Shown one piece after another: positions 10,214 to 25,942 of a stretch of 64,000 nt of DNA; the stretch's first letter is position 1, and each line of letters begins with the position of its first letter. This DNA is from Stegostoma tigrinum (taxonomy: Eukaryota). The stretch is taken from assembly GCF_030684315.1 (NCBI RefSeq), contig NC_081391.1:20358629-20422628 (forward strand), in the 5' to 3' direction. The notes beneath the pieces were generated by a model. It was not told the DNA's origin, did not search any database, and saw only the letters and a program-made list of their open reading frames with translations. The position numbers and the translations under genes were made by a program.

Positions 10214-11145
10214 TCTCTGCAAATGTAGCTTTAATTGCACCAGCTGTCCTCAGCAGTTGATTGCTGGAGCAAGAACAGGGACTATGCCACATTTGTCCCA
10301 CACGCTACAAGGTGGGCATTGAGGATAGGACACACTGTTACAGGAGAGAGCAGATTCCTCACACAGTCTCCTACAGTAGAGACTTGTTAGAAAATCCAAT
10401 TCCTTAGCTTGGGAAACTAGAACAGTGGTGTATTGCTTGCTCAAAGAAGCATGGAACAAAAGCAACCTGCATGCCAGATGCTATTGCTGTTACAGTCTTA
10501 AGGAATATTTTGAATGCTTAGATTCTACCAGTAAAGTTAACAGAAGATTACTGGCAAAACTGAGGCCTGGCAGTACCTGGGGACAGACTTCAGTTGTGGA
10601 GTCGCCAGACTCAAACATTAACTGGTTTAATCAACACACATCCAGAGTTCCACCTGCACCTATCCCGCCACTCCCCAACCCCAATTTTTATTTTGTATGA
10701 ACCCAGCTTTTCGGAAAGTTGGAGTATTGCTAGGGAGAGGGCACCAGTTAAGTGGCTAACAGTTAGACAGAGTGGAGCAATTTTGGTCAAGCTATTCGCG
10801 AGAGACTACTCTTACAGAATTGTCACAGTGAGGACAAGACAGATAGTGAGCATTGCGAACAAGCCAAAAGCTTAACAGTTGTGATTTCCACAACAATTAC
10901 TCACTTCAAAAATTCTTCTGACTCTGGATTCAGAAACTGAACAAAAATTGCCAGGGCAAGCATCGATTCAATGCAGAGAGCAAAAAGCCGAAGGGATTTA
11001 ATAATCAGATAATAAACAGCCAAATAAATGAAGCAGTCACTCAAAGTCGTCAGATACATGGGCAATGTTTTCATTGACTTTTTTGTGCACTCTGCACTTG
11101 CACTAGAACACCAGTGTACATGAAATGGAGTTGTTGAATCCCCAT

Positions 11146-12920
11146 TCAGCTCAGGCTGAGCCTGTCGAACAGATACTCTCCTTTGCCCTTCTGAGGGGCT
11201 CCCAGTCTCTTCAGGTTGGTGATGTGATCTCCCAGCTTCTTGATCATCTTCACTTGCTCATCCAAGTAGTGCCTCTCCAGGAAGTCGCACAGCTGGAAGA
11301 CAAGACAAGTTAGTTGAGTCCATTGAAGACATATGGAAGTGACCCTTAATTCAGATTTAACAAATCACCACCATGTTGAGGGAGAGGGGCACTCTGGTGA
11401 TGCGTTTGGACTGTTGTAGATTTAACAGTCTGCAGGAGGCAGTTATGAGATAATTGTATTCCCCCTCCCCCCAGGAGCAGACAAACAGATCACTTTCAGG
11501 TTGGAAACATTCATCTTTCCTGTAATTTGAAAGTCATCCTGGTAGTTTGTTGCTCTAAAGGCCATCAGCCCTACATGCTGAATTTAGCAGTGAAAGGCCA
11601 GGGAGCTTCTTGGAGAGAAAGTGAGGAACTCACATGAGGGTCTGTGTGGCCAGAGGAGAGTTTGTGCAGATCCAGCAGACTCCGGTTCACATCCTTCTCC
11701 ATCTGCTGAGCTCCCTGCATTTCCTCCAGACCATTGCCATGGTCAGCCTTCTGAAGTGGCAGCGTGGGGGTGGATGGTAAGAGACAAGACACATCACTTA
11801 AAACGCAAGAAACCAGTGAAAAAAGCAACAAGATCTCCATCCCATTAAGAGAGTGTACAACAGCTAAGAGATTATATCCAAAGCATTAAAATGAAATACT
11901 GTTCTAGGCTTAAAGAGGTCTTCATCAGGACAAGATCACATTCCATTAAAACCAACCTTGATGTCCTACAGGAGGACCCAGCACCCACATTCATTCTGGA
12001 ATGCCATCAGTTTCTCAGCATGTTCCCATTCCTTCAAGGAGTAGTCCCATGAGAACTCAGCAAAGTGACACAGGCAACATCTTCCCAGTAAAAGTAAAAG
12101 GATTGTAAACAGGGAAGCCCATTGGGGTTTGCTGTTGAAGATCCTTCTCTACTTGAAATGCTTCTTCAGTCAGGCCTGCAGGTTCTGGAAGGGAAATCCT
12201 CCCTTGTAAATCACAACAAAAACAACACCAGAATATGTGGAGGTTCTTTCCTTGTAAAGCAGGAAGGAAGGGAAACAAGCATCTTCCTACAAGTTGCGGG
12301 GGGGGGCGTGAATATTTCATACTTGACTCCAAATATTAAGCATTAAATGACACCTCATCATTCTGAAAGTCCATATGGTTAAGTGAAAATGGCTCAGCTT
12401 CAGTGAGGAAACCTTCCAACACAGAACAGAGTTCCCCACTCTGAAGTGAACTTACAAAGCTTACTAGTAAAGTATTGACAGCAAATAGACCCAGAGATTG
12501 AGAGTGTTCCTCCCTCTGGGATTGGAGGTCTAGGGTCACATATGTTCTAGAAGTAAGAGATCAGGTCTCTGGGCAAATTGACTTACTCTAACTATTCAAT
12601 AGAATAAATCCAATTACATTGAACAAAAAGAAAAACAAACAGACTTCTCAGGTCATACATCAAGATCAAACCATTGAAAGATTATTCACTTCTCAAGGTC
12701 AGGGGAAGGCCACAGAAGATTCTAACATGAATTGAATGATGCAGAGAGATCCTACACCCACAATACAAGGAGACCACAGCTTTAAATCTGAAATAAATCC
12801 AGAGAACACCACAATCACCATGGAGAGATAAACACAGGAAAAAGAAAGCACCAGGTTGATCTGCTTGTTAACAACACCCTCACAGTCCTTGTGGTAGCTC
12901 TGATGCACCTGGGAGGCCAT
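11146..12920 (-). pseudogene. Ferritin D-type copy D1, probable pseudogene (exon 2 destroyed)
   Basis: Exon 1 12819-12920 is open with E27V. The exon 2 remnant (~11957-12102) has an in-frame TAG at 11966-11968, indels and no AG acceptor. Exon 3 11634-11750 has a 9-nt in-frame deletion. Exon 4 11146-11292 is intact. TATA at 12988-12995. Confidence 0.88.
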
Positions 12921-14415
12921 CCTCACTGTTCCTGCTCACAATCACTTGGACAAGTCTAGAACTGAGTCTCCCTCCAACAAGCTCTTGTATTTATACTCCA
13001 GAGAACATCCTGCACCAACCAGGGAATGACATCACTAACAATGATTGACAATCTCTGACAGCCAATCAGGAATCTGCAAGAACCCAGTCACCAATGAACA
13101 GAGGAGAAGGAGAGTGGGGCAATGTGCTGAGACCCAGAGTCAATCAGAGATTTGGGCAACAGTCAGGTTGAGATTATTATTCTGTGATAACGAGAGCACT
13201 TAGCCTCTCAAACCTGTCCCCTAATTCAACTGGATCGGTGCGAGTCTGAGTCTTCATTTAATACCTTTGCCTGGGTTCTGCATCGCATCATATTGCGAAC
13301 TAGCACAGCTCAACAAATCAGTTTCGAAATGTCCAAGGGGCTTGCAGAATTTTGGGAGTGATACTGTAATGTTTGAGATTAAGCATCATCACTGATTACC
13401 ATAGCTTTGATCTGAAGATTATTCCCCCTTTTCCAGGATTACTTTGCCACAGGAAACAGTACATTCTCTAACGGCACGATTAGATCCATTAATAATCCAA
13501 AGTACCTGGATAATATTCGTTCTCGAGTCTTCCACACTCTTGCAAGGACAAGGCTAGTTGATGTAAACTGTATTCATAACGTAACCATCTTGGGGCTGAG
13601 AAAATGCTGGTGAATCTGTGCTAAGGTCCCTCAAATAACCCTGTCAGAGCTCAGCACAGCGCTCCAAATGTGCTCTGATGCCACTTCTATGCTGTTGTAT
13701 TACAACCCATGCTGTTTTGTTGTCCAGCCGGCTTGGGGGGAAAGTGAGCACGTTCTGGCCTTTTTAATTCGGCTTTCATATCTGCCCACTGCCACACGGT
13801 TATTACGGTGCTGATGGTGACCATTCGGCCCATCGTATCCACCACCAACTCGCTGAGCGTTTCACCTCTTGCCATTCTCCTGCACTGTCCCTGTAATCTC
13901 CATGTTATTCCCTTTCAGATATCAGTCCTATTCCCTTTTGAATGCGTGAATTGAACCTGCCTCCAACACACTCTCGGACTATACATTTCACACCCTATCC
14001 ACTCGCTGTGTTGGAAGGTTTTTATTTTCGCAGATCACTTCAGCTTCTTTTGCCAATTTTAAACCTGTGCCGTCTTGCACCTGACCCTTTCACAAATGGG
14101 AACATCGTGCCCCTGTTTGTTCTTTCTGGATCCGAATTTGAGCCGTTTGCTTTCCAGAGAGAAAAGTCCCAGCTTCTCCAATATATCCTCACACCTGAAA
14201 TTCCTCATTCCTGGAGCCATTCCAGTAAGCCTCCTCTGCACTGTCTCCAGTACGTCCACTCTTTCCTTCAGTGTGATGTGCAGAATGAGACACAGTATTC
14301 CTGTTGGAGTCAAACTTAAGCAGCTTCAGCATAATCACCTTGCTCTTGTACACTTGCCCCTACTAATAAAGCTCAGGGCACTGCGAGCTTTGTAAACGAT
14401 TCTCTTAAACAGTCC

Positions 14416-15760
14416 TCAGAGATAATGGGAACTGCAGGTGCTGGAGAATCTGAGATAACAAAGTGTAGAGCTGGATGAACACAGCAGGTCAAGCAGCATT
14501 TGGGCCTAGACCCTTCATCAGAAAAGGGAGATGGGGAGAGAATTCTGAAATAAATAGGGAGAGGGGTAAGCGGACTGAAGAAGAATAGAGGAGAAGGTAG
14601 GTGGAGAGGAAAGTATGGGTGGGGAGGTAGGGAGGGGATAGGTCAGTCCGGGGAGGATGGACAGGTCAAAGGGGCCAGGTGAGGTTAGTAGGTAGGAAAT
14701 GGAGGTGTGGCTTGAGGTAGGAGGAGGGGCTCAGTGAGAGGAAGAACAGGTTATGGAGGCTGGGACGAGCTGGGCTGGTTTTGGGATGCAGTGGGAGGAG
14801 GGGAGATTTTGAAGCTGGTCAAATCCACATTGATACCATTGGGCTGCAGAGTTCCCAAGCGGAATATGAGTTGCTGTTCCTGCAACCTATGGGTGGCATC
14901 ATTATGGCACTGCAGGAGGACCAGGATGGACATGTTGTCTCAGGAATGGGAGGGGGGAGTTGAAATGGTGCACGACTGGGAGGTGCAGTTGTTTACTGCG
15001 ATCTGAGCGTAGGTGTTCTGCAAAGTGGTCCCAAGCCTCTGCTGCATTTCCCCAATGTAGCGGAAGCTACACCGTGTACAGCAGATGCAGTATACCACAT
15101 TGGCGGATGTGCAGGTGAACATCTCTTTGGTGTGGAAAGTCATCTTGGGGCCTGGGATCGAGGTAAGGGAGGAGGTGTGGGGGCAGGTGCAGCACTTCCT
15201 GCGGTTGTAGCAGAAAGTGCTGGGTGTGGTGGGTTTGGACGGGAGTGTGGAGCAGACAAGGACGTCGCAGAGAGAATGGTCTCTCCGAAAGCAGACAATG
15301 GTGGGGATAGAAAAATGTCTTTGGTGGTGGAGTTAGATTGTAGATGGCAGAAGTTTCGGAGGACGATGCGTTATATCCAGAGGTTAGTGGGGTGGTATGT
15401 GAGGACTAGGGGATCCTCTCGGGGAAGTTATTGCGAGGGTGGTGTGTGAGGGATGAGTTGTGGGAAATGCGGGAGACACGATTGAGGACATTCTCGCCCA
15501 CTGCAAGGGGGAAGTGGCGGTCCTGTAAGAACGAGGACATCTGGGATGTGCAGGAGTGGTATGCCTCTCCTTGGAGGAGATGGGGCAGAGGCAAAGGAAT
15601 TGGGAATAGGGGATGGAGTTTTTGCAGGAAGGTGGGTCGGTTGAGGCGTATTACAGGTAGCTGTGGGAGTCGGTGGGCTCGAAACGGACATCGGTTTGTA
15701 GGTGGTTGCCTGCGATGGAGACAGAAAGTCCAGGAAGGTGAGGGATGTGTTGGAGATGGT
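14416..15760 (-). mobile_element. Penelope-like element nested in CR1 (paralogue of 1610-2985)
   Basis: ORF fragments VVYCICCTRCSFRYIGE and EQQLIFRLGTLQPNGINV. The GAAAC part of the hammerhead is deleted near 14500. Confidence 0.85.
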
Positions 15761-17449
15761 CCTTCCACCTTCAATGATGTAATGCAAATACACCATGCAG
15801 TTCACTCACTCCTGCACCCTCTTTAGAAATGCACCTTTTATTTTGTATTGTCTCTACATGCTTTTCCCACTTTGAACTTCATCTGCCACTCGCTTGCCGA
15901 TTCCACCAATATGTCTGTGCCCTTTTGAGGTTCGACACCATGGTCCTCACTCTTATTTTCTTATCATGTACAAACTCTGAAATTGCATCCCTTATACCAG
16001 GCTATATGTCATTAGCTAACTTTAGAAAAGCCTGGCTCCTCCCCATAACCCATGGAACTCCACTACAAACCACCCCCTCGTCCAAAGAGCATCCATTGGC
16101 ATCACTTATGTTTCCAGTAATGCAGCCAACTCCATATCCCTGTCACTGCGCTGCCGTTCATTACAGGGGCTTGAACATTGTGTGGCACTGTATTATATGT
16201 CTTTAGGAAGCCCACGTAGACCACACGAACAACAGCCCTCTCGCCTATCTCCTCAAAATACTTGTGCTAGATAGTTGAAAGTGATTTTCCTTTTGAGGAG
16301 ATCTGGCATGGATCTCAGAAAAGATTCATATTCATCCATGTATCTATTACGCAATTTTCAACTCATCTCCATTACTTCCTATCTTCCACTCCCCAGCATC
16401 ACTCATGGAAATGCCAGGCGTCTACTCCATCACTTATCCCATTTGGAAACAGAATGAAAAGCTGATGCAAAAGGACAATGCATCGAGAAGTTGTTGCCTC
16501 TTCTCAGTGTTCATAATTTATTGCAGCTACTAATTTCCAATGTCAAAACAATTTCTCACACAGATATAAAAGATCCACTCCCCACCCAAGTCCCCTAACC
16601 TGCCATTTCCACATACATGCTGTATATGTTGCTTGCCTTCTATTGAAGGAGAGCTCAACAATGTTGGAGCTGAAAGAGTTTGCAAATAAGACCTCTCCTC
16701 CTCAGCAATTTCTGTACCCTATTCCCCTGCTGAGAGCTTCACTTCAGACAAACAAGAGGAAAAGAAGTGACCCAACCAATGATTGGCTGCTGTGAACATG
16801 AAGCTATTGGGAGGTATGGAAGGGTAGGAGGGGATAAGTAGTAATGAGAAATCAGGGGGAAAGAGGGGGGTGGTGTTGAAGAAGAAAGAAGGAAGACAAA
16901 AAAAATGCTTTGAATCCAACTCTGCTTCCTTTAAATCATTCATTTGCTAACCCTCAGTCCCCAAAAGAAACAGAACAAGTCCACAAGCTGCAGATGGGGG
17001 CAGCCTTTGCAGTCGGCATACTTCGAAAGAGTTCACTTGACCCTTGCTGCTGTTGGAAGGAGGGCAGAGGAAGCACCTAGTGTCTAATGTCGTCCGGAGA
17101 ATAAAGTCATGTCACTAAGTGGTACACACCTGGAAGGCTAATGTAACGCTAAAAGGAAAGGGGAAACGCCTCGTTTACAAATTTGCCATGAATAAAACGT
17201 ACGTTCCATATGTGCATGAAATTTATGCTACCTTTAGAGGAAGATATAGAAGTGTGTGAAATTTCTATTGTGGATTTTTTCAGTCAAGTTACCTGGTTAG
17301 CTGTTGGTAATTTAGGTCGTTTAAAAAAACAAAGATCCAAAATCCAGTTCCACAAAGACTTGTATTTCCATTTGGAATGGCAGACAGAAAAAGGTAAAGT
17401 GGACATCAGAATTAAGTCACAAATGGACCAATTTCTTCTATAACCCCAC

Positions 17450-19683
17450 TCAGCTGAGTGAGAGCCTGTCAAACAGGTACTCTCCCATGCCATTGTCAGG
17501 GGCTCCCAGTCTCTTCAGGTTGGTGATGTGATCTCCCAGCTTCTTGATCATCTTCACTTGCTCATCCAGGTAGTGCCTCTCCAGGAAGTCACACAGCTGG
17601 AACAAGGAGCCAGAATGTAATGTTAGAGCAGACACATCAACAATCACACCATTGCGCTTTTGCAGTGATATAAGTGTGAACAAGTGCTGGTATTTGAGAG
17701 CAGCTTGCTCTCCAGAAACAATGAACAGACTGGAATAGCTTTATTTGCAACTTTGCAAATGCAGAAATGGTGACAGAAACCTGAGTTTACCCACCAGGGA
17801 TCAAACTGCCATTTCACAGAATTGGGTGGAAGTTCTAAACACTTACGCCTCTCACCAAGTCAGCAAAGCACATATCAGTGACTGACATCTATGTTCAGGA
17901 TGGCTGCTGCTCTCAAACACTGGGACAATAGCAAGCCTATGCTTGTAGAACAGGAATAGCAGATTCCCATGTCACCTTGAGCTCCCTCGAGACATGCATC
18001 CCATCAGGAACTCACATGAGGGTCCATGTGGCTAGAGGTGAGTTTGTGCAGATCCAGCAGACTCTGGTTCACATCCTTCTCCATCCGCAGAGCTCTCTGC
18101 ATTGCCTCCAGACCATTGCCCCACTCATCCTGCTCTGGCTTCTGGAGGGAGAAGACAGTCATTAGTGAGGTTAGAAGGTCCAAGACTCGTACAAAGGCAA
18201 GAAAATGAAGACATGTGGTAATCTGTGCCATATCCAAACCAAGGATTAATAACAATTCACAATTCACAGAAGGTCATGGAGACCATTATCAGACATTTGA
18301 TCCATCATTAAGAACTGCTGACAGATCAGGGCTAAAGACTGAAACATTGGGATGAAGTTACCTGTATTCAGGCTAGTCTACAGTAATGTATCAGTCTAAA
18401 CTGTCATTGGGGCAAGTTCAGTGCTAAAACCCTTTCATTCTGATTTGTTGATCTTTCAGAAAAGGAAAGAATTAGCAAAACCAACTCACATCAAGCAGAG
18501 ACTTTCTATCAAGACACCTCACTCATCTCAACACAAGATGTACAGGGGAGTCTGGAACACCAAGGCCATTGCACAAGCAAGAAACAACACAATTTGCATT
18601 TACTACAAGAGATAGACCCCAACCTTGATGTCCTGCAGGAGAACACGGCCACCACGTTTATTCTGGAATGCCATCAGTTTCTCAGCATGTTCCTGTTCCT
18701 CATGGGACTGCTCCTTGAAGAACTCTGCAAAGTGACGGAGGGCAACATCATCCCGGTCAAAGTAAGAGAACTGTAAGCAGAAGGGAACAGAAGGCAAGAC
18801 TAAAATTTCATCACCAGCTAAAAGAGTAAAATAGTAAGCTATTTAACAACTGACTGTATCACAAGTCACTTAAAAAATAAACAGGTGACAATTGATCACA
18901 GCATTGATGTTACACATCATCTCCAGACAAACATTCCTCTCCTCCTTCCCCCACCACCCTACTCAAGTCAGCAACACTAGCTCCTCCCCAAAAGGAACCC
19001 AATAATTAGAGACTATAATATAATCTAATACTGTAATTGCTTCATGGAAACATCCAGTATTAAACATGGACATGAACATTAGACTTTTCCTGACACCATA
19101 CACTTCAGAACATAAAAGACAGAGGAGGATGCTAACCAATTGTGCAGTAAGGCTCAGCAGTTAGCACTACTGCCACACAGTGCCAGGGACCAGGGTTTGA
19201 TTAAAACTGTGCATGTGAAGTTCACACATTCTCTCCAAAGATGTGGGTTTCCTTTCACTGCCCATATATGGGCAGATGATGTTGACCAGCTATGCTAAAT
19301 TGCCCATAGTGGCCAGGGCAGGTGGGTTAGCCATGAGAAGTGCAGGGTCACAAGGGTACAGTAGGTGGGAGTGCTCTTGAGATGGACTCAATTGGACAAG
19401 TGACCTATATCTACATTATGCAGATGCTAATGATTATGATACCCAGCCAAAGAGAACCACTCTCAGAAGGAGTAATTTAGATTTCAACACTCTGCTTATT
19501 AAAGAGGAGAACTTCTAGGTCTTATCAGATTTACATTTGAATGCATTGTCTCATTTTACAATGCAGACAATCAAGCCTCACCATGGAGAGGTAAACATAA
19601 GAGGAATAGAGCTCCAGGTTGATCTGCTTGTTAACAGCATCCTCACAGTCCTTGTGATAGTTCTGACACACTTGGGAAGCCAT
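17450..19683 (-). CDS. Ferritin heavy/middle-subunit-like gene, intact, 173 aa (copy B1)
   Basis: Exons 19582-19683, 18624-18770, 18016-18141, 17450-17596, GT-AG, no stops. Carries SHEEQEH. TATAAAGA at 19751-19758 and CCAAT boxes at ~19798, 19811, 19840 and 19876. Confidence 0.95.
19143..19430 (+). mobile_element. Degenerate tRNA-derived HE1/V-SINE-like element in intron 1 of B1
   Basis: tRNA-like head GGCTCAGCAGTTAGCACTACTGCCACACAGTGCCAGGGACCAGGGTTTGATT, followed by V-domain-like segments (GTGAAGTTCACACATTCTC, ATGCTAAATTGCCC). Confidence 0.65.
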
Positions 19684-20509
19684 CTTCACTACTCCTGCTC
19701 ACTATCACCTCAACACCTCCAGAACTGAACTCCTTTCCTACGAACTCTTTTCTTTATACTCCTGGGTCATCCTGCAATCAACCAGGGAATGACACCACCA
19801 ATGATGACAGCCAATGAGGAATTGGCATGCATCCAGGCACCAATGAGGGGAATGGGGTGGAGTGAGATACTCAGAGCCAATCAGTTTTGAAATGGCAGCA
19901 AATCTGTGATTGGTCCCAGGAGCTGAAGGAAGCCTGAAGGTGACTGGGGGCCAAAAGCAATGTGTTGACTTTTATCTTGCTTCTGGAATGGGGTCAGGCC
20001 ACTCGGCCTAACAGCAATTATGAATGGATATCAGTGGTTGGCATCATTAGCAACAGCCATATTCTATGAAATGACTGAAACAAAACTCACTCCAGGGCCA
20101 AAATCAGAGTAATATACTCCACATATAGTATATTCTGTACTGCATACAATATTGACATAGCCTGTACATTCTAGTCCTCTCCCTCCATCGAGATGATGAC
20201 TAAACTGCTGTGAGCCTTTTCAGTTCAATTTTGCTGCAGACTGTGAGTTTTTAAGTCATTTCTACACATTGTATCCTAACTCTGTGCTTTTCTTCAGTTC
20301 CTAGCTCTGTTGCTTTGACAAAACTCTCATTTATCTTGGTGCAAGTTTGCTTTTCCTCACATGTTATTGATGTTGTTGATAATATTCTGCCTGTTCATGG
20401 TACTATCGTGCCAACTAATAGAATGCCATCAGGAAGCGTGAGAGAGATCTCTATTCTTTTGTCAATGTCACATGGAAATATATGGACGTCAGAGGACCCT
20501 GTGGGGAAG

Positions 20510-20765
20510 AGACAGAAACATCGAAACCTAGAACACAAGGGCAGGCGGAGGCCATTCAGCCGTTTGAGCCTGCTCCACCATTCTATATGATCATGGCTGA
20601 TCCCAGCAAACCCAACAGTGTGTTCCTGCTTTCCCTCCATATCGTTCGATCCCTTTAGCCCCAAGCACTAGATCCAACAATTTGAAATCAATGCTTTGGT
20701 CTCAACTGTGTACCGTGGTTGCAGATTCCACAGGCTCTCCCACTGTCTTGGTGAAGAAATGTAAT
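20510..20765 (-). mobile_element. CR1 3'-terminal fragment
   Basis: GGAGGCCATTCAGCC...CCTGCTCCACCATTC...GATCATGGCTGAT is the reverse complement of a CR1 3' UTR like the one at 26935-27000. Confidence 0.65.
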
Positions 20766-22423
20766 AGCCCATCCATGACACCAGGTTACACACAAATTGC
20801 CGATCGACAGTCCGATACCGACCTGTTTCGGAGAGTCCACAGTCAGTGTGTATCAGTTTGCTGTTTGGGATGATAAGTATTTTGACTAAGTAACACATGC
20901 ATTTCTGCATTGACTGGAGATTAATGAAGCTTAGGGCTTGACGAGTAAAGTTGCCAGCAGCAAGGAATCAGATGTCGCCCTGGCCAAAGATGTTTCACAG
21001 TTAGTGTCTGCGAAATGATTAGAACTTTCGGCAATCCTGGTGGGTTGATGCCAATCTTATATGTAAACACCTGACTTACACACTGTCCCCCACGCCCTTG
21101 CAGAGTGAGCCTGAAGCAGATTTGTCCCAGACCCTGAATGCGGTAACAAGGTCCTTCCTGATCTGTTACTACTTAACATTGCAGCTGACAGAGACAGATG
21201 GGGATCAAGAGCAGAGGAAACATTCAACTGTGTTCTGAAGCGTCACCGTACTTGAAATGCTTACTCGGTGTCTCTCTCTCTCTCTATGGATGCTAGTGGA
21301 CTAGCTGAGTTTCTCCTAAAACCTGTTTTGTCTCCAGGTTGTCAACATCCACAAATCTTCAGTCCCACTTGCAACGCTTGGAAATGCCCGACAGATCCGA
21401 ACAAAGACTGTAGTCACAAGCTAATGACATTATCATTAAATGGTGAATGCAGAAAGTCACCTATGAATTATACTGCAACTTTGCATTCATTTCAGCTACT
21501 TTGGAACTAGTCTAACGATGACCACAAAGCTGTTGTCGGAGAAAGCCCACCTTATCGACTCATGTCCTTGACCGATAGAGTGAGGATATGGAGTTAGGCC
21601 AGTAAAAGGAAGCAGCTTGTATTCTACAAGAGAAACCCAGCACAAGAGAAACCTGGGTCCCCTCAGGCATGAATTGAGCAAAGCTCCGATTGAGATATTA
21701 AGCATTTCCCTTTGCTTTTATGACCAAAGGATCAGAGTGTGGAGGCTGATACAGCGGCAAGAGTATCGCACACTGTGCCCCTAAGAATAATGTAATCCAA
21801 ACTCTCCTGAGAGTAAGCTGGAATTTTTTAAAATGAAACAAAGGCACTCTTTCATCTCCCTCATTTAATCTCTTACTTGCTAAGGTTTCAGAAGGATGTG
21901 CGTAGCTCTGATTGTTGAGCAAGACATGCAAGCAGATTGTCCAGTTAGAGCCTTGTGGCTCAAGTTAAGGGATACCCTAGCCAGTTTATGGCAAAGGAGA
22001 GGTTTAACCTCCTGGGCAGGGTCATGCACTGGCATTCGTTAGGCTGGAATGCAGTGGCCCCTGAATGAAAAGAAAGCTGAACCAATTAAAGGAAGAGACA
22101 GATGTGCAGTCAGGTTTTCAGGAGCTGAGAAAAAGGCAGATGCACTCGTGGTGTGGAAGGAAAACCTGCAGGATTGTATTAAATGGTAGACAGGAGTCAA
22201 GGAAGCTGATGGCCTACATTCAGACCCCTGCCTTGTACTTCACTGTAGCCACATCACGGGGGAGGGGTGGGGGGGAAGGTAAATGTTTGATGATCAGTCT
22301 AGGAATTAGTTACACAGGAGAACGTAGTTGAGTGAATATTTTATTTCCACATGCAGCAATAGAGAAACCGATACAAATAATTCTGCTTTCATGTACAATA
22401 GTGAAGCAATTCCAAACTGCCAC

Positions 22424-24558
<2,135 letters not shown>

Positions 24559-25942
24559 CTTCACTATTCCTGCTCACTATCACCAAGAAAACTCTAGCAC
24601 TAAGCCTTTGTACCACAATCTCTGGTATTTATACTCCTGGGACATTCTACGCTCAACGAGGGAATGACATCACCAATGATGACTGACATTCCCTGAAAGC
24701 CAATTAGGAATCTCCCATGAATTTCGTCCCCCTCTGCCCTCCCACCAATTAGAGAGAGGGTGTGGGTGTATGAGGCAGAGCTGATCAGAGGTGCAGATTG
24801 TTGTCAAGTCTGGATGGTTATTCTGTGATTGGATCAGCAGTCGGTCATTTAGAATCTCCAATCTGCTGGAACTCTCTATCGGGTCATGGTTAGTTTGAAC
24901 AAAAAACTAGATTTGGATTTGGAAAGCTTTTCTTTTTAAACTGAGCTTGTTGTGACCAACTGCGAGAGGTGCTCAATGAAGGAGAATCAGTTTCTGCTGG
25001 GATATTGGAGAGAAAGGTAGGAGATTGGTGGTAGTTCCTAGAAATTTGTAACAGAAACAAACAGGACAAAGACAGGAAGGATGTTTCTGATGACCAATGC
25101 GCCCAGAACCAAGGGTCACTGTCTAAGGATATAGAGTAGACTGTTTGGGATTGAGTTGAGGAGAAATGTCTTCAGCCAGACAGTGGGGAGTCTGTTGTAT
25201 TCTGTGGGAAGGAAACAGTTGAGGCCAAAAGACTGAAGGTTTTGAAGAGTTAGATGTAGCTGATAGGGCTATGGGGATCAAAGGGTATGGAGAGAGAGTG
25301 TGAAGATGGTACTGAGTTAAGGGATTACCCATGATCATATGGGATGCCAGAGCAGGCTGGAAAGGCTGTATCAAAATGGTTCATAATTTTGAACATTTCA
25401 ATCAGGTCATCTTTTAATCTTCTCTGCTCCAAGGAGATAAGGCCAATTTTTAAAATCTTTCCTGGTATCATTCCAGCAAATCTCCTTTGCACCATGCCCA
25501 GGGCTTTAATGCCCTCCCTTAGAAACAGTGCCCAGAATTGAACACAATACTCTAATGCGGTCTGACCAATGGTGTGTAGTGGTGTAGCGTTACTTCTTTG
25601 CTTTTATACTCTCGGGCTCTCCTTAAAAACACAAGGTTCCTATAAGCCTTCTTCATGACTGTTTCATCTTGCCTGGCCACCTTCAGGGAATTGTAGTTTT
25701 AAATCCTGAGGGCTCTCTGCTCCTGTACTCACCTTGATGTTGTTCCATTGAACCTGTATTATCTCTTCATGTCTCCATGTTTCTTCGACCAAAATGCATT
25801 TCTTGCATTTTTTTGTGTTGAAATTAAAAAGTGATTGCCAACATCAAATCTTACCCAATAAAAATCAAATGATCCTAATTTTGAAGTCTTCAACTGACCT
25901 CCCCCCGCCCCCCCGCCCCGCCTGTGTTTGTGTGTCCACTAT

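Noticed and set aside
11125-11313. Recurrent short ORFs antisense to ferritin exons (e.g. ...[24 protein letters not shown]...)
   Set aside because: These are shadow frames of conserved coding exons; their recurrence follows from the duplications.
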